Positions 1 through 12,136 of a DNA stretch of 64,000 nt are shown in pieces (positions within the stretch are counted from its first letter, which is position 1; each line of letters opens with the position of its first letter). Under the pieces are notes generated by a model, which searched no databases, was not told the DNA's origin, and worked only from the letters and a program-made list of their open reading frames with translations. Location of the stretch: contig OZ336878.1 of NCBI GenBank assembly GCA_965287045.1, positions 105,586,001-105,650,000 on the forward strand, written 5' to 3'. The stretch comes from Carcharhinus amblyrhynchos (taxonomy: Eukaryota). The position numbers and the translations under genes are program-made.

Positions 1-801
1 ACTGAAGGAACTGCAATATATATGTAAGTTCAAATGCTGAATGGACTGGGACGAACTTCAAGTGCCCTTCTCCATGATATGCATCATTGGTTAAGTAAGC
101 AATGTCACAATAAGTTTTATGAGTTCCTGCAGTAAACCTTAGAGACGGTAAACACTGCTTTAATCTACGGCAGTGGTGGATAAATGTTTATAGATGGTAT
201 GCTGCTGAAGCAGGCTGTCTTTTTCTGCATTGTGTCGACATTTGAGTGTTATGGCAGTTGTGCACTTCCAGGGATATCCTGCATGCGCATTGTAATTGCA
301 GGTGAAAACTCAAATTGTTGTTTTGTTAATTAATGGGCTTTGAAAAGATCCACACAGCAGTTCAGATAATCTAAAGCACATCGTACTATTAAGCACAATT
401 TGCCATCTGGCATTCAATAAAACCGCAACGCCCCAGAAGAACTGAACCTGAATAGAATTGTAATGAACACAATTATTATGACAAAAGTACATGGAATGTA
501 AACATGCATTGAATTACTTTTTGAATCGAAAATTCAAAAAAAAATACAAAATAACATGGATAGGCAGAGTATTCTTTCAGAATTAATAATGTAAATGTGT
601 GACATCATTTGTCAAAATTTACGGGAAATACTGGTCAGCTTTGGAAGCTACATTACCTTTTTTGCAGAGTCCGAAATACAACGAGCACAAGTGGAAAACA
701 GAAAATTTAATCAATTAAAACATGCATATTTCAATGTAGGCTGGAATAGTTTGCTTTTATTATTTCCTGACGAAATGGCCGGAAAAATATGTTTTCCTCA
801 C

Positions 802-837
802 CAGCTTTGTTTAGCGCAGTTTTCAACGACTTAATTT
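802..837 (-). CDS. Microexon C0, 36 nt, (E)IKSLKTALNKA
   Basis: cctatctctccaccag|AAATTAAGTCGTTGAAAACTGCGCTAAACAAAGCTG|gtgagg; same length and pattern as the other C exons. Confidence 0.75.
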
Positions 838-3280
838 CTGGTGGAGAGATAGGACACTTGTGAATATTGTTCTACTGATTTGCATCCTTAGTGCAGTTTG
901 CTGCTTGTTTTCTTTCGCAGCTCATTCGGAATTTCGATTGAAATTAGTAGCATCTAACAAACGAGAAAGATGTAATCAGCAAGACACGCGTTTCTATTTG
1001 CAATTATGCATCAACGTTTCTTCATTTGACTGACTATACCTTGTGTAAAACAAACCGAACCATTGTTGCCTTAATTCGAACATGAAACCAAATATCATCT
1101 TTGACCCTGGTTTGTTGGATTAATTGCAGGACGGAAAAGGAGTCTTATGACTACCCATAATCACCCAGGGTGGTTTGACCAATAATCACGTAAGGCCTCA
1201 ACATTTTGCGCAACCGCAATCAAGATGTTGCTGGCAGTGCGAAAGAAGTTTTCCATAGGCCATTACCATACAATCAGAAAAGAAAAAACAATAGTTGGAT
1301 TATTTCGACAATCTATGGCCGGGTAGCAGATGAAGAACCCGGCAAAAATGCCGGGAGTGAAGTCAAAGATTTCATTTGACATGACCATTATTTCATTCAA
1401 CGGAGCAGTGCCATTTTGCCCCGGTCGTGAAAAAATTGCATATTAGTTTCCAAGTATGAGGAGAGCTGAAACAAATATTCGATCATATAGAGCACGTTTC
1501 CCAGCTTCTCTGTTTTTTTTTCAACGCTACGTTCAATTCGGTTAAGTACAGAAAGTCTTTTTTTTGTCTGAACTGCAAGGATTATTGGGGCTGAGATGAC
1601 ATTTTTCCTCTGCTTGAGACCAAATCCCTCATCCATATATTACTTCACTGGGGCATTTAATGACAACACGCTTCTACACCACAACTCATTGTTCTTCCAA
1701 ATATACTATCCTTACTTCTGCAAATTTATTCTATGCATTCCTATCCTCCAGGTGGTATCACGACAACGGACAATATCAACGGTGGCGTTGATCCATTTGA
1801 TGAGTCGTCCGGCAGTTTTCTTAGGAATTCCGGACCAGTAGGACAACTTGATAGTTGAAAAGAAAAAAAAACTGATGAGAACCTCCCTGTTTTCGGTGAA
1901 TGCCGTTGACAATGCAAAACAGTTCGCAATTTGCATAGGCCTGTAGGAAATACCAGGGAAATTTCGAGGGATTGCACTTAGCCCCAAAATTGGTTAATGA
2001 GGCAACTGGTTCCCAGCCAAAACATCCACTGAACCATTAACTGTACCTGAACATTCCTGCACATGCTCCACGAGCGGGGTTCATGAATAAACGCTCCATA
2101 ATAACAGCTTATGCACTCAAAAATTTGACGATATTTTCTACCTTCCAATTATCCAACGAATCCAAGCGACTACCGGTAGTCATGACTGAGCTACCACGCC
2201 TTCCGCACTTAGGAATAATTCAATTGCCCAGAATCTTTCTGGTTAGGCTACCAAAACCTACAACACTTGTTTTTACTCGCGTCAACACTGACACATCTTA
2301 ACATAAATCAGTAGCAACTTTCATACTAGTACATATTTCCTTTAAAATTCCCCCTGACTCGTTTGCCCTCCAACATTGCACAGAATCAAAATCCAGCTCC
2401 ACGGCTACCGTACACCCAACTACATCGCCACTCCTGATCAAACACGCAACGAATGTTCAACCATTCGATCCGCTCAATTCCCTTCAGTCATCGATCAAAC
2501 CAACGCCCTCACGATATTTATTCCACCCACTATCCTAACCCATTATCAGTCACAGTCTCCCGAAATATGTCGGCTTCCATGATCTCTCGTCTCCCGATTG
2601 AAGCGAACCATGTAATCAATTGTCATTCACCACCAGACAAATCAATCACCAAAACTCCAGTAACATTCGATCAGACAAAAACAGCTCCCCGCAACTAACA
2701 ACAAACCTTAATTTACTAGTTCAATAATACAGTACGTTACTAACTCAATAACACCCGCCTGATTATACCTAAGTGTCCAAGCGCAGCATTACCTCAGCCC
2801 CATCTATGTTTATTTTAATTCTCCTTAAAACCATGTCAAACAGTTGAATAGACCACCCACGTGACCACGTCAAGCGCATGCCCAGTCATTGCAGAGCATT
2901 AATCTAAACCTCACCCAGCTAACCCCGTGTCAAGTCCATACCTCTTTCGTATACCAACTTCGGATGACAAAACGCGCTCAAAGCCAGTTGCTCGATCAAC
3001 AACCACCTCGCCCATAAGCCAAATGAGGGGTCTCCTAGCAGGAGAAACCTACCCCTACACATCAGCAAACATACTCAACCCTGTGATTCTGAGCCACCAA
3101 CCAAATCCACCTTTTAAAGCCTCATGCCCACTAACGAGTCATTTATATTCCTTGACGCTGATAGCCCACTTCCAACTAGCAAAACAGATCTGCCATAAAC
3201 GCGTTCAGCATGTACCCATCTCATAAAATTAGCCATCTACCTAGTTCTATATGTTATCCGTTCCAACGCACACCCTCACA

Positions 3281-3326
3281 CATACACACACATGCACTCT
3301 ACACACACACGCACACACACACTACT

Positions 3327-3367
<41 letters not shown>
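3281..3367 (+). repeat. (CA)n microsatellite, imperfect at left
   Basis: Directly visible CA tract. Confidence 0.95.
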
Positions 3368-3370
<3 letters not shown>

Positions 3371-4121
3371 TCAGCCTGTCACCCGTGAAAACTTATGTCT
3401 ACCACAATAATCAGCGAATCATTTGACATTCAAGCTTATCAGTCTACAGCAGGAAGGGCGTTTTCCCTTCCACTGACTAGAAGGCACGACTGAGCAATTC
3501 CCTGTTGAGACTGCAAGGGCTGCAGTTTCAGTTTTGGCCAACGAAGTCACAAAATATCTTTGTGTACAGCCTTGCCACAATATCAGAAGGTGTAAGGGTG
3601 TATGGCATTAAACATAAAGTAATCTTTAGTGGGGTTCCTGATATTCTGACAATTTATTTGCGATTGCTTTTCTGTAGCTCAGTGGACATGGATTCGACAA
3701 CGTAAGACTTTCACTTCAGCCAGAAGTACATTTAGGATAATACTGTCACTGTCTGTGGCCATTGCCGAAAGATTGCGGCTTTGTTATTTGCATGAGTGAA
3801 GATCGACGTGAGAGGCTGGTGATCTCCCTTGTGAAAATAGTAAATTTGCATCAATGCAGTCATTGTGCAACTAAATGCGTTTTTGTTTTGCTGGGCATTG
3901 AGCAACTGGAGCTTTCGTAATTTCCATAGCTTCCAGGAAACGACACAAATATATTTTCCCGCTTTTATGTCAACTGCAAATAAGTATTGAACCTTAACAT
4001 ATAGTTTTAGTCTTTTTATTCCGGTTGTGATATAACTAGAACTCATCCGATCCTTTTGATGTCCTATTCGTAAAATATTAAAAAGTACTGTTACGCAGAC
4101 AACGACAAAAACCGTCCTCAC

Positions 4122-4148
4122 CCTTCATGTTTGCTTGAAGCTTGGCCT
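4122..4148 (-). CDS. Microexon A0, 27 nt, (E)AKLQANMK
   Basis: tattttaag|AGGCCAAGCTTCAAGCAAACATGAAGG|gtgagg; similar to A3 (EAKLAATVR); weaker AAG acceptor. Confidence 0.65.
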
Positions 4149-6659
4149 CTTAAAATATTTTTGAGAATCAAAATTAACTTGGATGCAAAATAACATGAAT
4201 GTCGTTCGTGTTTGTTTAAAACAGGAAGAGTCAGGTATAGCCGAGTATAGCTGAAAGGAATCAGTGTCCTTGAAGAGAAAAATGTTCGCGCTTCAATGGT
4301 ACATAGATCTAATTTCCCCAGAAAAAAATGTTTGGCAAGCTTACAGTTTGGCGAAACTCAATTTTACATGTTGCAAAAAAGAATAGCATAAATGTTTAAA
4401 TAATGCAATGGTGTCAATGATATTCAATTTGTTGATTTTCAAATTGTACAATTAAACCTTATCAGTTTGCAATTGCTCTAGAAATTAATGCAACAATACA
4501 ATTTTGGTGTGTGCAAAAATGTTTAGAATAACATCACAAATTTCAGATGGTTCTCTAAAAGCGTCGATTTAGCACATACTGCTATAATGTAAGCAGCAAA
4601 TTATTTAAATAACATTATATACCGCAAACCAGACAGAAATAACAAGAGGTGCTTACTTGCTGAAAAGAAAGATGCGTTCCAGATGTTGTTTCTCAAACCA
4701 TCATCAGGACATGCGGATTCCAGGTTTCAAAATATAACAGCAGAACTTGTTGGTAGGTGGGCTCTAATTGCCCTAGGCTTTACCATGGAGTCAGGAATGA
4801 GGATGGATATCGTTAACTAAAAGCAAATATGCAAGGCTTGAACGTATTTCATTTGCATGATAGCAATATTTGAATCTTCTGCTGTATATAAAGCTTCCCA
4901 TGAACGCTTATATGCGGTCCATCCTTGAATGAAATTCATGGTTGAAATTGAACAGTCTAATGAACAGCCCTTGGTCGGCTGTCGCTAAACCTATCCACAG
5001 ATAGGTTTAATTCTATTTTATGCAACAAAAAAAGTACCTTATCTGGTCATCGTTGTGCCTATTGGTGAACTCAATCACAATTTTGCCAATAGGTCCGGAG
5101 TCAGTTCCCGATCTAGTAAGATTAATACTAAAACTATGACACATCCTAGCTGTTCTGCACGATATTGGCCATCGCCGTCACATCACTGTGTTCTCAATTA
5201 AAGAATGAACATAAGATCTCCACCACAGTCATGGAAGTTGTGAAACAAATCTTAAATTACTCTGACAAGGGAGGCATTTCATTTTTGCAAGGAACAGTTG
5301 AAGCGAAACACTCCCTTGTTACTAGCTATACAAGCTTTACTTCCGTTATTAGAATGCCGTTGACATGGTAATCGGACGGGAGAAATGCTCTGTTTTCAGA
5401 AATGGTTCTTATTTGTTTTAAGAGCTCATCCGTTTCTATGATGGTAATGCAATTGGAATATTTGAGGAGACTGCAGTTCTTTTTTCTGTATTTTGTGCAG
5501 ACATACACATTTAATTAATAAAATCCACTGTTTAATTTGAACATTTGTATATAAACTGATTAATTCTTTTCAATGTTGAAACCTCCAAACGTACCATATT
5601 AAGGACATTACAAGCTACTGCATTACATGGGCAAGGTGTGCCAAGATCCGAGGCCAGATCCCTGGCTTGTTGGTAAGATTAGGCGTTTGACAAATACGGT
5701 TTGCTTAAGAGAGACAAAGCAAAAAAAAAATCCAGAGTTGCGTAGGGAACAAAGTTATAGGGTTCCATGTGCTTGAACATAGGAAAAAATAACTTCTTAA
5801 CATGAACTCAAGTGAATTATAATCACTCTATTGTGTGAAAACGAGCATGGTAAGGTATGTGTGCAAGCAGATGAAAAAAAACGATTCAGACAGAAGAAGG
5901 TTTAATGTATGTGTTTCTGGGATTTCGAAACACAAGGGCGCACAATCGGTGCACAGAGGACAGAGTTGCGTTTTTAGTTTATCTTCGTACGATGGTATAG
6001 CCCATTTGGAGGTACGTAGGCTACAAGGAGAGAGCGGATTTGGAAGAAGTGGTATGATGCTTGCCTTCAATTCAAAGGTACATTAAATAATGATAACAGT
6101 TCCAGATCTTCTAAATAATCCAGTAAATTAGTAACCGCCACAAATTTAAAGTAACAGTGTTTTGACGCGAGAGCTCAGTCCCGTGTTTTACACATTCACT
6201 GCCATTGGTATTAGCACATTCGCACAATTTGCCATTCTTGTAGCCACAGGAGTTCCGGGATTCGGCGTTTCAGCATCGGCTGTAGGCACAGCGAGATTGT
6301 CCTGCGTCCCATATTTCTGATAAGGTTGTGTTCAACTTACGGAAATGCAGTCAAAAATTGAGTTGGTGGCTGCCAGTCGGACTGCGGCAGACTTGTGTTC
6401 AGGCATGCTACATTGCCCCTTACGCAACATATTTTCATCTGTTTCGGAAAACAAATGGAAAGACCCTTCCTCTGGGTCGTGCAGCCCGAGGCAAGTTCAT
6501 GGAACTCGAGGTGGCTCAGCTTCTGGGGAACGAAGAGAGAGAGTGAATTAACAATACATCCAGGAGGCTCGATAGTGGACGTTGAACAGTAGCGCATCTG
6601 CAGAACCCAGCGTCAATCCTGGATGTTGCGATTCCTCCCTGGTGCCAATAACAATGAGC

Positions 6660-9600
6660 ACATGTGCAGGACGATCTGAGGGGGTCAGATAAAAAAAAAA
6701 ATCAAAGTCCGAGTTTCACATTAATTACGTCGACATAGGCAATAAGGAAGTGTGATGTTTTGCTGTAGAATTTAGGGAGCTAGATTGCAGGATGAAACGT
6801 AGGACTTCAAATGTTGTAATCTCTGGGTCGCTAATGGTGCCATTGGTTCAGTGAACGAATGGACCGGAGAATAGTGCGGTTGAAGAGATGATGCAGGATG
6901 GAATTACATTGATCAATGATACCTTCCTGGGGATGTTGAAACCTGTAATCTCGAATGTGTTGCATCGAGATTAATATGGAAACAATAGACTTGCCGGGAA
7001 ATCTGTGAGTGATTTTGTGTGTATGCGTGAATTTATCTGCATGTATCTGGAACAGGGATGTGTCACAGTGTGGATATGCAGTGAAGGCAATGCACAGCAA
7101 AATATAGTAGAAAGAAACAACTCCGTTTAGAAGGCAGTGTGAAGAGTGACACATTAAGCATGATATGACATACTAAGGTTGATACCTCATAATCGAACAC
7201 AGAGAGTTTTCATGGTGAGGCTGATGAACAGAGGGTGTTGATTATCACCTGGGAGTCTGATATCATTGCATTCTCAGAGACTTTGTAACTCATTTTGGGA
7301 GCTTCAGGAGAAACAGTGGATAATTGGAACAGGAGCTGCTGCTGCAAATATTGATTAAGAAGTCAGTTAGCCCAGGAAGTAGGGAAGATATCAAAACAGT
7401 CACCAGAACTGGCGCCATATGGCTGGAACATGGCAAATCTTTTCGAGTGCAATCACATTTCCGATAGTGTACTACTGGTGCCAAATTGTCAGGATAGATC
7501 GTTGAGGACATTTCGTGAAAAGAACAAACCAAACTAAAATTGGCGTGATAATAATTCCCAAATAGAAATTCTCATCGGTCAAGTGTCAAAGGCATATATG
7601 GGGAAGAATGCATAAAGTGCATTAAACCGAACGGTTGAGCTGGCATGTAGAACGTCTTAAAGGAGTGAGTTTTTTTTTAATTTGCAGATTTAATTGCGGA
7701 GTTGATAGTGCGTCAGCTGGGGTGCATTTCGGCGATTTGTAACCATAAATCCATAAGATTTATGGCAGTGACGGAGAGGGAGATGATGGCGTGGAAATAT
7801 GTTTTTGAAGCTGAAGGCCGAGTTAAAGATGGTAAGCCAGCATCTAACCAAATTGGACTGTGAACAGTTACTTCTAGGAAGAACCACATTGGAGTAGTCG
7901 GACTCATTAAAAAAAATCGGAGAACATAATGCCATTACATCCCGGTGAAGAAAAGAATTATTTGACGAAAGAAAAATCCAGATTCCCATGGATGTCAAGA
8001 CATAAATCGCATTTGATAAGGAAAGAAAAAAAAGGTGTATGACATATTAGCGGTGCTCCAATTAAGGAGCACACTAAAATACTTACACAATGTGCGGGGA
8101 GGAAAGCAAAAAAAAAGAATTAGAAGGGTGAAGAGACGACAAAAAGCTATCACAGGGCAGAAAAATAAGGAATTTAGAAAAAAAAACCTCTCAGACTACG
8201 TTGGTAAACAGGCAAAGTGTATGGCTCATTCGGGACCGAAAGGGCAAACGTTTTGTAGAGCCCGATGACCAGGTCGATGTGTTAAACAAAGTTTTTTTTT
8301 GCATCTGTGTTCACGAAACGATTAAGATGTAGGTTTAGAAAGCAAACAGGATGCCTGAAATATAAATGAACAGGTGAGAATTGGAAGCGATGAGGTGCTT
8401 CAGGCCCCAGCTGGTAAAAAGTAACTTTGCATTCATGCCTAGGTGAGATTTATGGACAGAGAATGAACGGCTACATACATTATTTAGCAATAATAATGAC
8501 AGAAGTAACTATATAATGGCTATTCTGTCTGAGACTGAAGCATGCTGAGATGTTTGTTCAACTCCTAGATTGGAGTCAGTTGCTGACTGTAAAGTTGCTC
8601 TGGTGTGGAAACTGTGATCTGATGCTTCCCAGGTAAGGGAAGTTGTATACATTAAGCCAGACATGGTGCCCCTGATTTCTATGGAGGTTATGTATGTTAC
8701 GTGTCAAAAGAGCGACGTGTAATGGCGTCTTCCTGGACATCCAATTTCCTTGGATGTTCGAGTCATGTGATCACTTTCCAGTTACATAGTTCGCTTGATG
8801 ACAGTGAAATTTCTGGAGCCAAGTGGAGAACTTTGAAAAGAAAGATATTTGTTTTTTTTTGGTGGGGCGGGGTGGGGGGGGGGGGGCGGGCAGTGGGCAG
8901 TAATAACGCAAAGAGGACAATCATTGCAATGAGACTTCTACCCTGAAGAACGTTTCAGAAAAGAAGATAGATTCTACATTGAGGGTATTTCTTGGCCAAG
9001 GCTTTCCTCAAACTGGTAATATATATTTTCAGTTAAATAGATAAAGTTAATGTTTAGTTAAATCTGCAGTTCAGTTAAAGTTAAAATGCCATTTAAGAGT
9101 TGAACGTCAGTTTAAAACTGACGCTCTGTTCGAGTTAAAGTTCGGTAAAATGTGAATGAGTTACAACTGTTTATGTTTGGGTTGGTACTAAAAGTGTTAA
9201 ATAAATACATGCTGACATTGATGTCCTTGCTTGTCTCATTAAACTGGAATGCTTGGAAGTTGTTTAAATGAAATCTATATAACAGATGCGACCTACGCTA
9301 CCGGGCGGAGTAGTATGGGAAATTGCAGAGGTTCTGATTATAATTTTCACACTTTTCCTGACCACAGGAGAGGAGCAGGTCGACTGGGTGACAGCTAATT
9401 TTGTACTTTTATTTTATATATGTTCTAGACTAAATCCATCCTATTAAACTGCAGAATGTCTACAAGCAACATTAGGAAAATATTGGTCATAAATAGAAAT
9501 GACAAAATGAATATCCACTTGGAGAGGCGAGTACTCATCAAGGACAATCTACATGGCTTCCATGCGGGGAGATCATGCCTAACAAATTGGATTGATTGTT

Positions 9601-10720
9601 TCACGCAGTTGACAGGTGTGCAGGTGAGGATAGCACAGCTGCTGTAATCTAAAATTAATTCACTAAAATTTTCAGAAGACCCCACACAGGACATCAGCGA
9701 AGGGGAGTCGGATCCAGTGCAATTTATAAAATTGGAAACATATTTGGTCCAGAGACGGGAGGCAGGGTGTAATGATCGTTTTTCTTGTGAGTGGAAGACT
9801 GTGCCCAGAAGTGTGCCATAAGAAAAGATATTTGGTCCCTCCCTCTTTGTACTGTAATGGCATGTGCAAATGTGGGGAATACGATAGTTCATTTCGTGGA
9901 TGACAAGAAGATTGTACTGTGGCGAAACGTGAGGAGGAAAGCCTTAGTTTGCAGTATGATATGGACTGGGTGAACAGATTTGCAGGCAAATGGGAAACGG
10001 GGTTTAAAACTAATAGTGTGAAATAATGCATTCTAGAAGAAATAACAACGTAAGGGTAGGACGTTGAAATCACCAGAGAGACCATTGGTGCATAGCGAAA
10101 TATTTCTCAAGGCAGCTAATGCGGATGAAGAAGAGATATGGATATTTTCCTCTAATGGCAGTCATAGAAAACAAAAGCCGTGATGTTACCATGGAATTGT
10201 ATAATGCAAGTTAGGCTACAGCTAGAGTACTGTGTGCAGTTCTGGTCGCCACTCTATTTAAGGATGTGCTTGAGCATGAAATAATGTGATTAACGCGGGC
10301 GCTTTGTGCTGCGCGTATAAGAGCGGCGGCGTAGCTAGTGTTGTTTTCCTTAGGCCAGAGAAGAAGCTTGCGGGAAACTCGCCCAGTTGTACATAATTAT
10401 GACTGATCACAGATAGTATAGAAAGGAAGAAACTTTAGTAGAAACTCTAATGGAAGGAGCAGGAGGTTCTGTGTGGATTTGATAGGAATAAAATCACCCG
10501 AAGGGTGGTTACAATCCGGAATTCATTTCCTCATAGAGTAATGGAGGCGAAGCGCTTCACCATATTTAAGAAACGTTTAGATAAGCACATGAAACGCCTT
10601 GGTATACAAGTTTACGTAACATATATTGGAGAATGGAACCATTAAAGATAGGCTTTTGATCATTCGAACGGACATGATGGCCCAAGGGCCTCTTTCGGCG
10701 CTGTGAAACGTTATGCACTT
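6660..10720 (+). mobile_element. Old degenerate CR1 LINE, interrupted at about 8449..9284
   Basis: Remnant RT motifs HGFHAGRSCLTNWIDCF (9456..9647) and FVDDKK; ctagagtactgtgtgcagttctggtcgcc matches the younger CR1 copies; many stops; left boundary uncertain. Confidence 0.75.
8449..9284 (+). mobile_element. Putative solo LTR or other insertion inside the old CR1
   Basis: Non-CR1 block starting ttatgg and ending tataaca, AATAAA near 9200, gat on both flanks; CR1-like sequence resumes after it. Confidence 0.35.
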
Positions 10721-10890
10721 ATGTAAGTAAGATATGGCTTTAAAATAGCAGGTGGCCTGTGGTAGACCACATCACGCTGCACAATTAACGAAGGTATGTC
10801 TCAAGAGAGAGTGCACGGATTTCTAGTAGAACTGCCCAGACGTCTGTCACAACCCATATTCAAAGTGTTACACGTAACAAAAAGCATTGC

Positions 10891-10944
10891 CTTTCAAAGC
10901 AATTATTCCATTTTTCATTTCCCAAGGTCCTTTCTTGCAATTGT
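10891..10944 (-). CDS. Candidate 54-nt exon, (D)NCKKGPWEMKNGIIALK, with GC donor
   Basis: Strong acceptor ctttattttctcag; AAG|gcaatg donor; open in phase 1; no paralogous copy seen. Confidence 0.35.
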
Positions 10945-11210
10945 CTGAGAAAATAAAGATTCCCCAACTCATTGGCTTCGATATCAGTTCTCCTGAATTA
11001 CGAAGCACACAGTGAAGATCCAATTCCCCACGCCCATCCGCCTCCCCGCTCAAAGAATGGATCCTCAGGTCTTCGGCCGCACCGAGCAGAGTACCATCAT
11101 TTCAAAACAGTAACTTTGGTCCAATGCCCACTGCACAGAGTCATCAATTTTTCAGTGATTCTTGGATTATCAGAGCACCACTTAGCATTTTTAAAATAAC
11201 CAGTTGTGCA

Positions 11211-12136
11211 ACACCAAGATTGGGGGAACGGCAAATTGTGCGGAGGGTGTGGAGAGTCTGCAGAAGGATCTAGATAGGCTGGGCGAATGGGCCAGGAAAT
11301 GGCAAATGGAATTTAATGTTGGCAAGTGTGAGGTGGTCCACTTTGGTAGGAAGAATGGTAGGAAGGACTATTACTTACGTGGCGAAAAACTGCAGCATGC
11401 GACGGTGCAGAGGGACCTCGGGGTCGTTGTGCATGAGTCGCAAAAACCCAGCTTGCAGGTGCAGCAGGTGGTCAGGAGGGCGAATGGGATGCTGGCCTTC
11501 ATAGCGAGGGGGATTGAATATAAAAGTAGGGAGGTCTTGCTGCAGCTGTATAGGGCATTGGTGAGGCCGCAGCTGGAGTACTGTGTGCAGTTTTGGGCGC
11601 CGCACCTGCGCAAGGATATTTTGGCCCTGGAGGGAGTGCAGAGGAGGTTTACTAGGCTGATACCGGAGTTGAGGGGATTGAGCTATGAGGAGAGGCTGAA
11701 TAAACTAGGCTTGTACTCGTTAGAGTTTAGAAGAATGAGGGGAGATCTCATTGAGACGTATAAGATGATGAATGGGATGGATAGGATAGAGGTGGAGAGA
11801 CTCTTCCCGCTCAAAAAAGACAGTAGGACTAGGGGGCACAGCCTCAAGATAAAGGGGAGGCGGTTTAGAACGGAGTTGAGGAGGAACTTCTTCACTCAAA
11901 GGGTGGTGAATCTCTGGAATTGTCTGCCCGTTGAAGTGGTGGAGGCTGCCTCGCTAAATATTTTTAAGAAGCGGGTTGATGGGTTTTTGATAAGAGAAGG
12001 GATTAAGGGTTATGGGGAGAGGGCGGGAAAGTGGAACTGAGCCACGACAGATCAGCCATGATCTTATTGAATGGCGGGGCAGGCTCGAAGGGCTAGATGG
12101 CCTACTCCTGCTCCTATTTCTTATGTTCTTATGTTC
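11211..12136 (+). mobile_element. Young 5'-truncated CR1 LINE (ORF2 C-terminus, 3' UTR, TTCTTATG tail)
   Basis: ORF 11204..12040 with LQKDLDRLGEWARKWQMEFNVGKC, YRALVRPQLEYCVQFWAP and RNFFTQRVVNLWN; tandem 8-mer tail. Confidence 0.95.

Noticed and set aside
3947-3973. Possible B-position exon after A0 (VDIKAGKYI)
   Set aside because: Weak donor (T|gtgtcg) and no similarity to B exons.
11204-12040. Long ORFs (278, 211, 163 and 300 aa) as host genes
   Set aside because: All are CR1 ORF2 fragments with LINE tails; their antisense ORFs are shadows.
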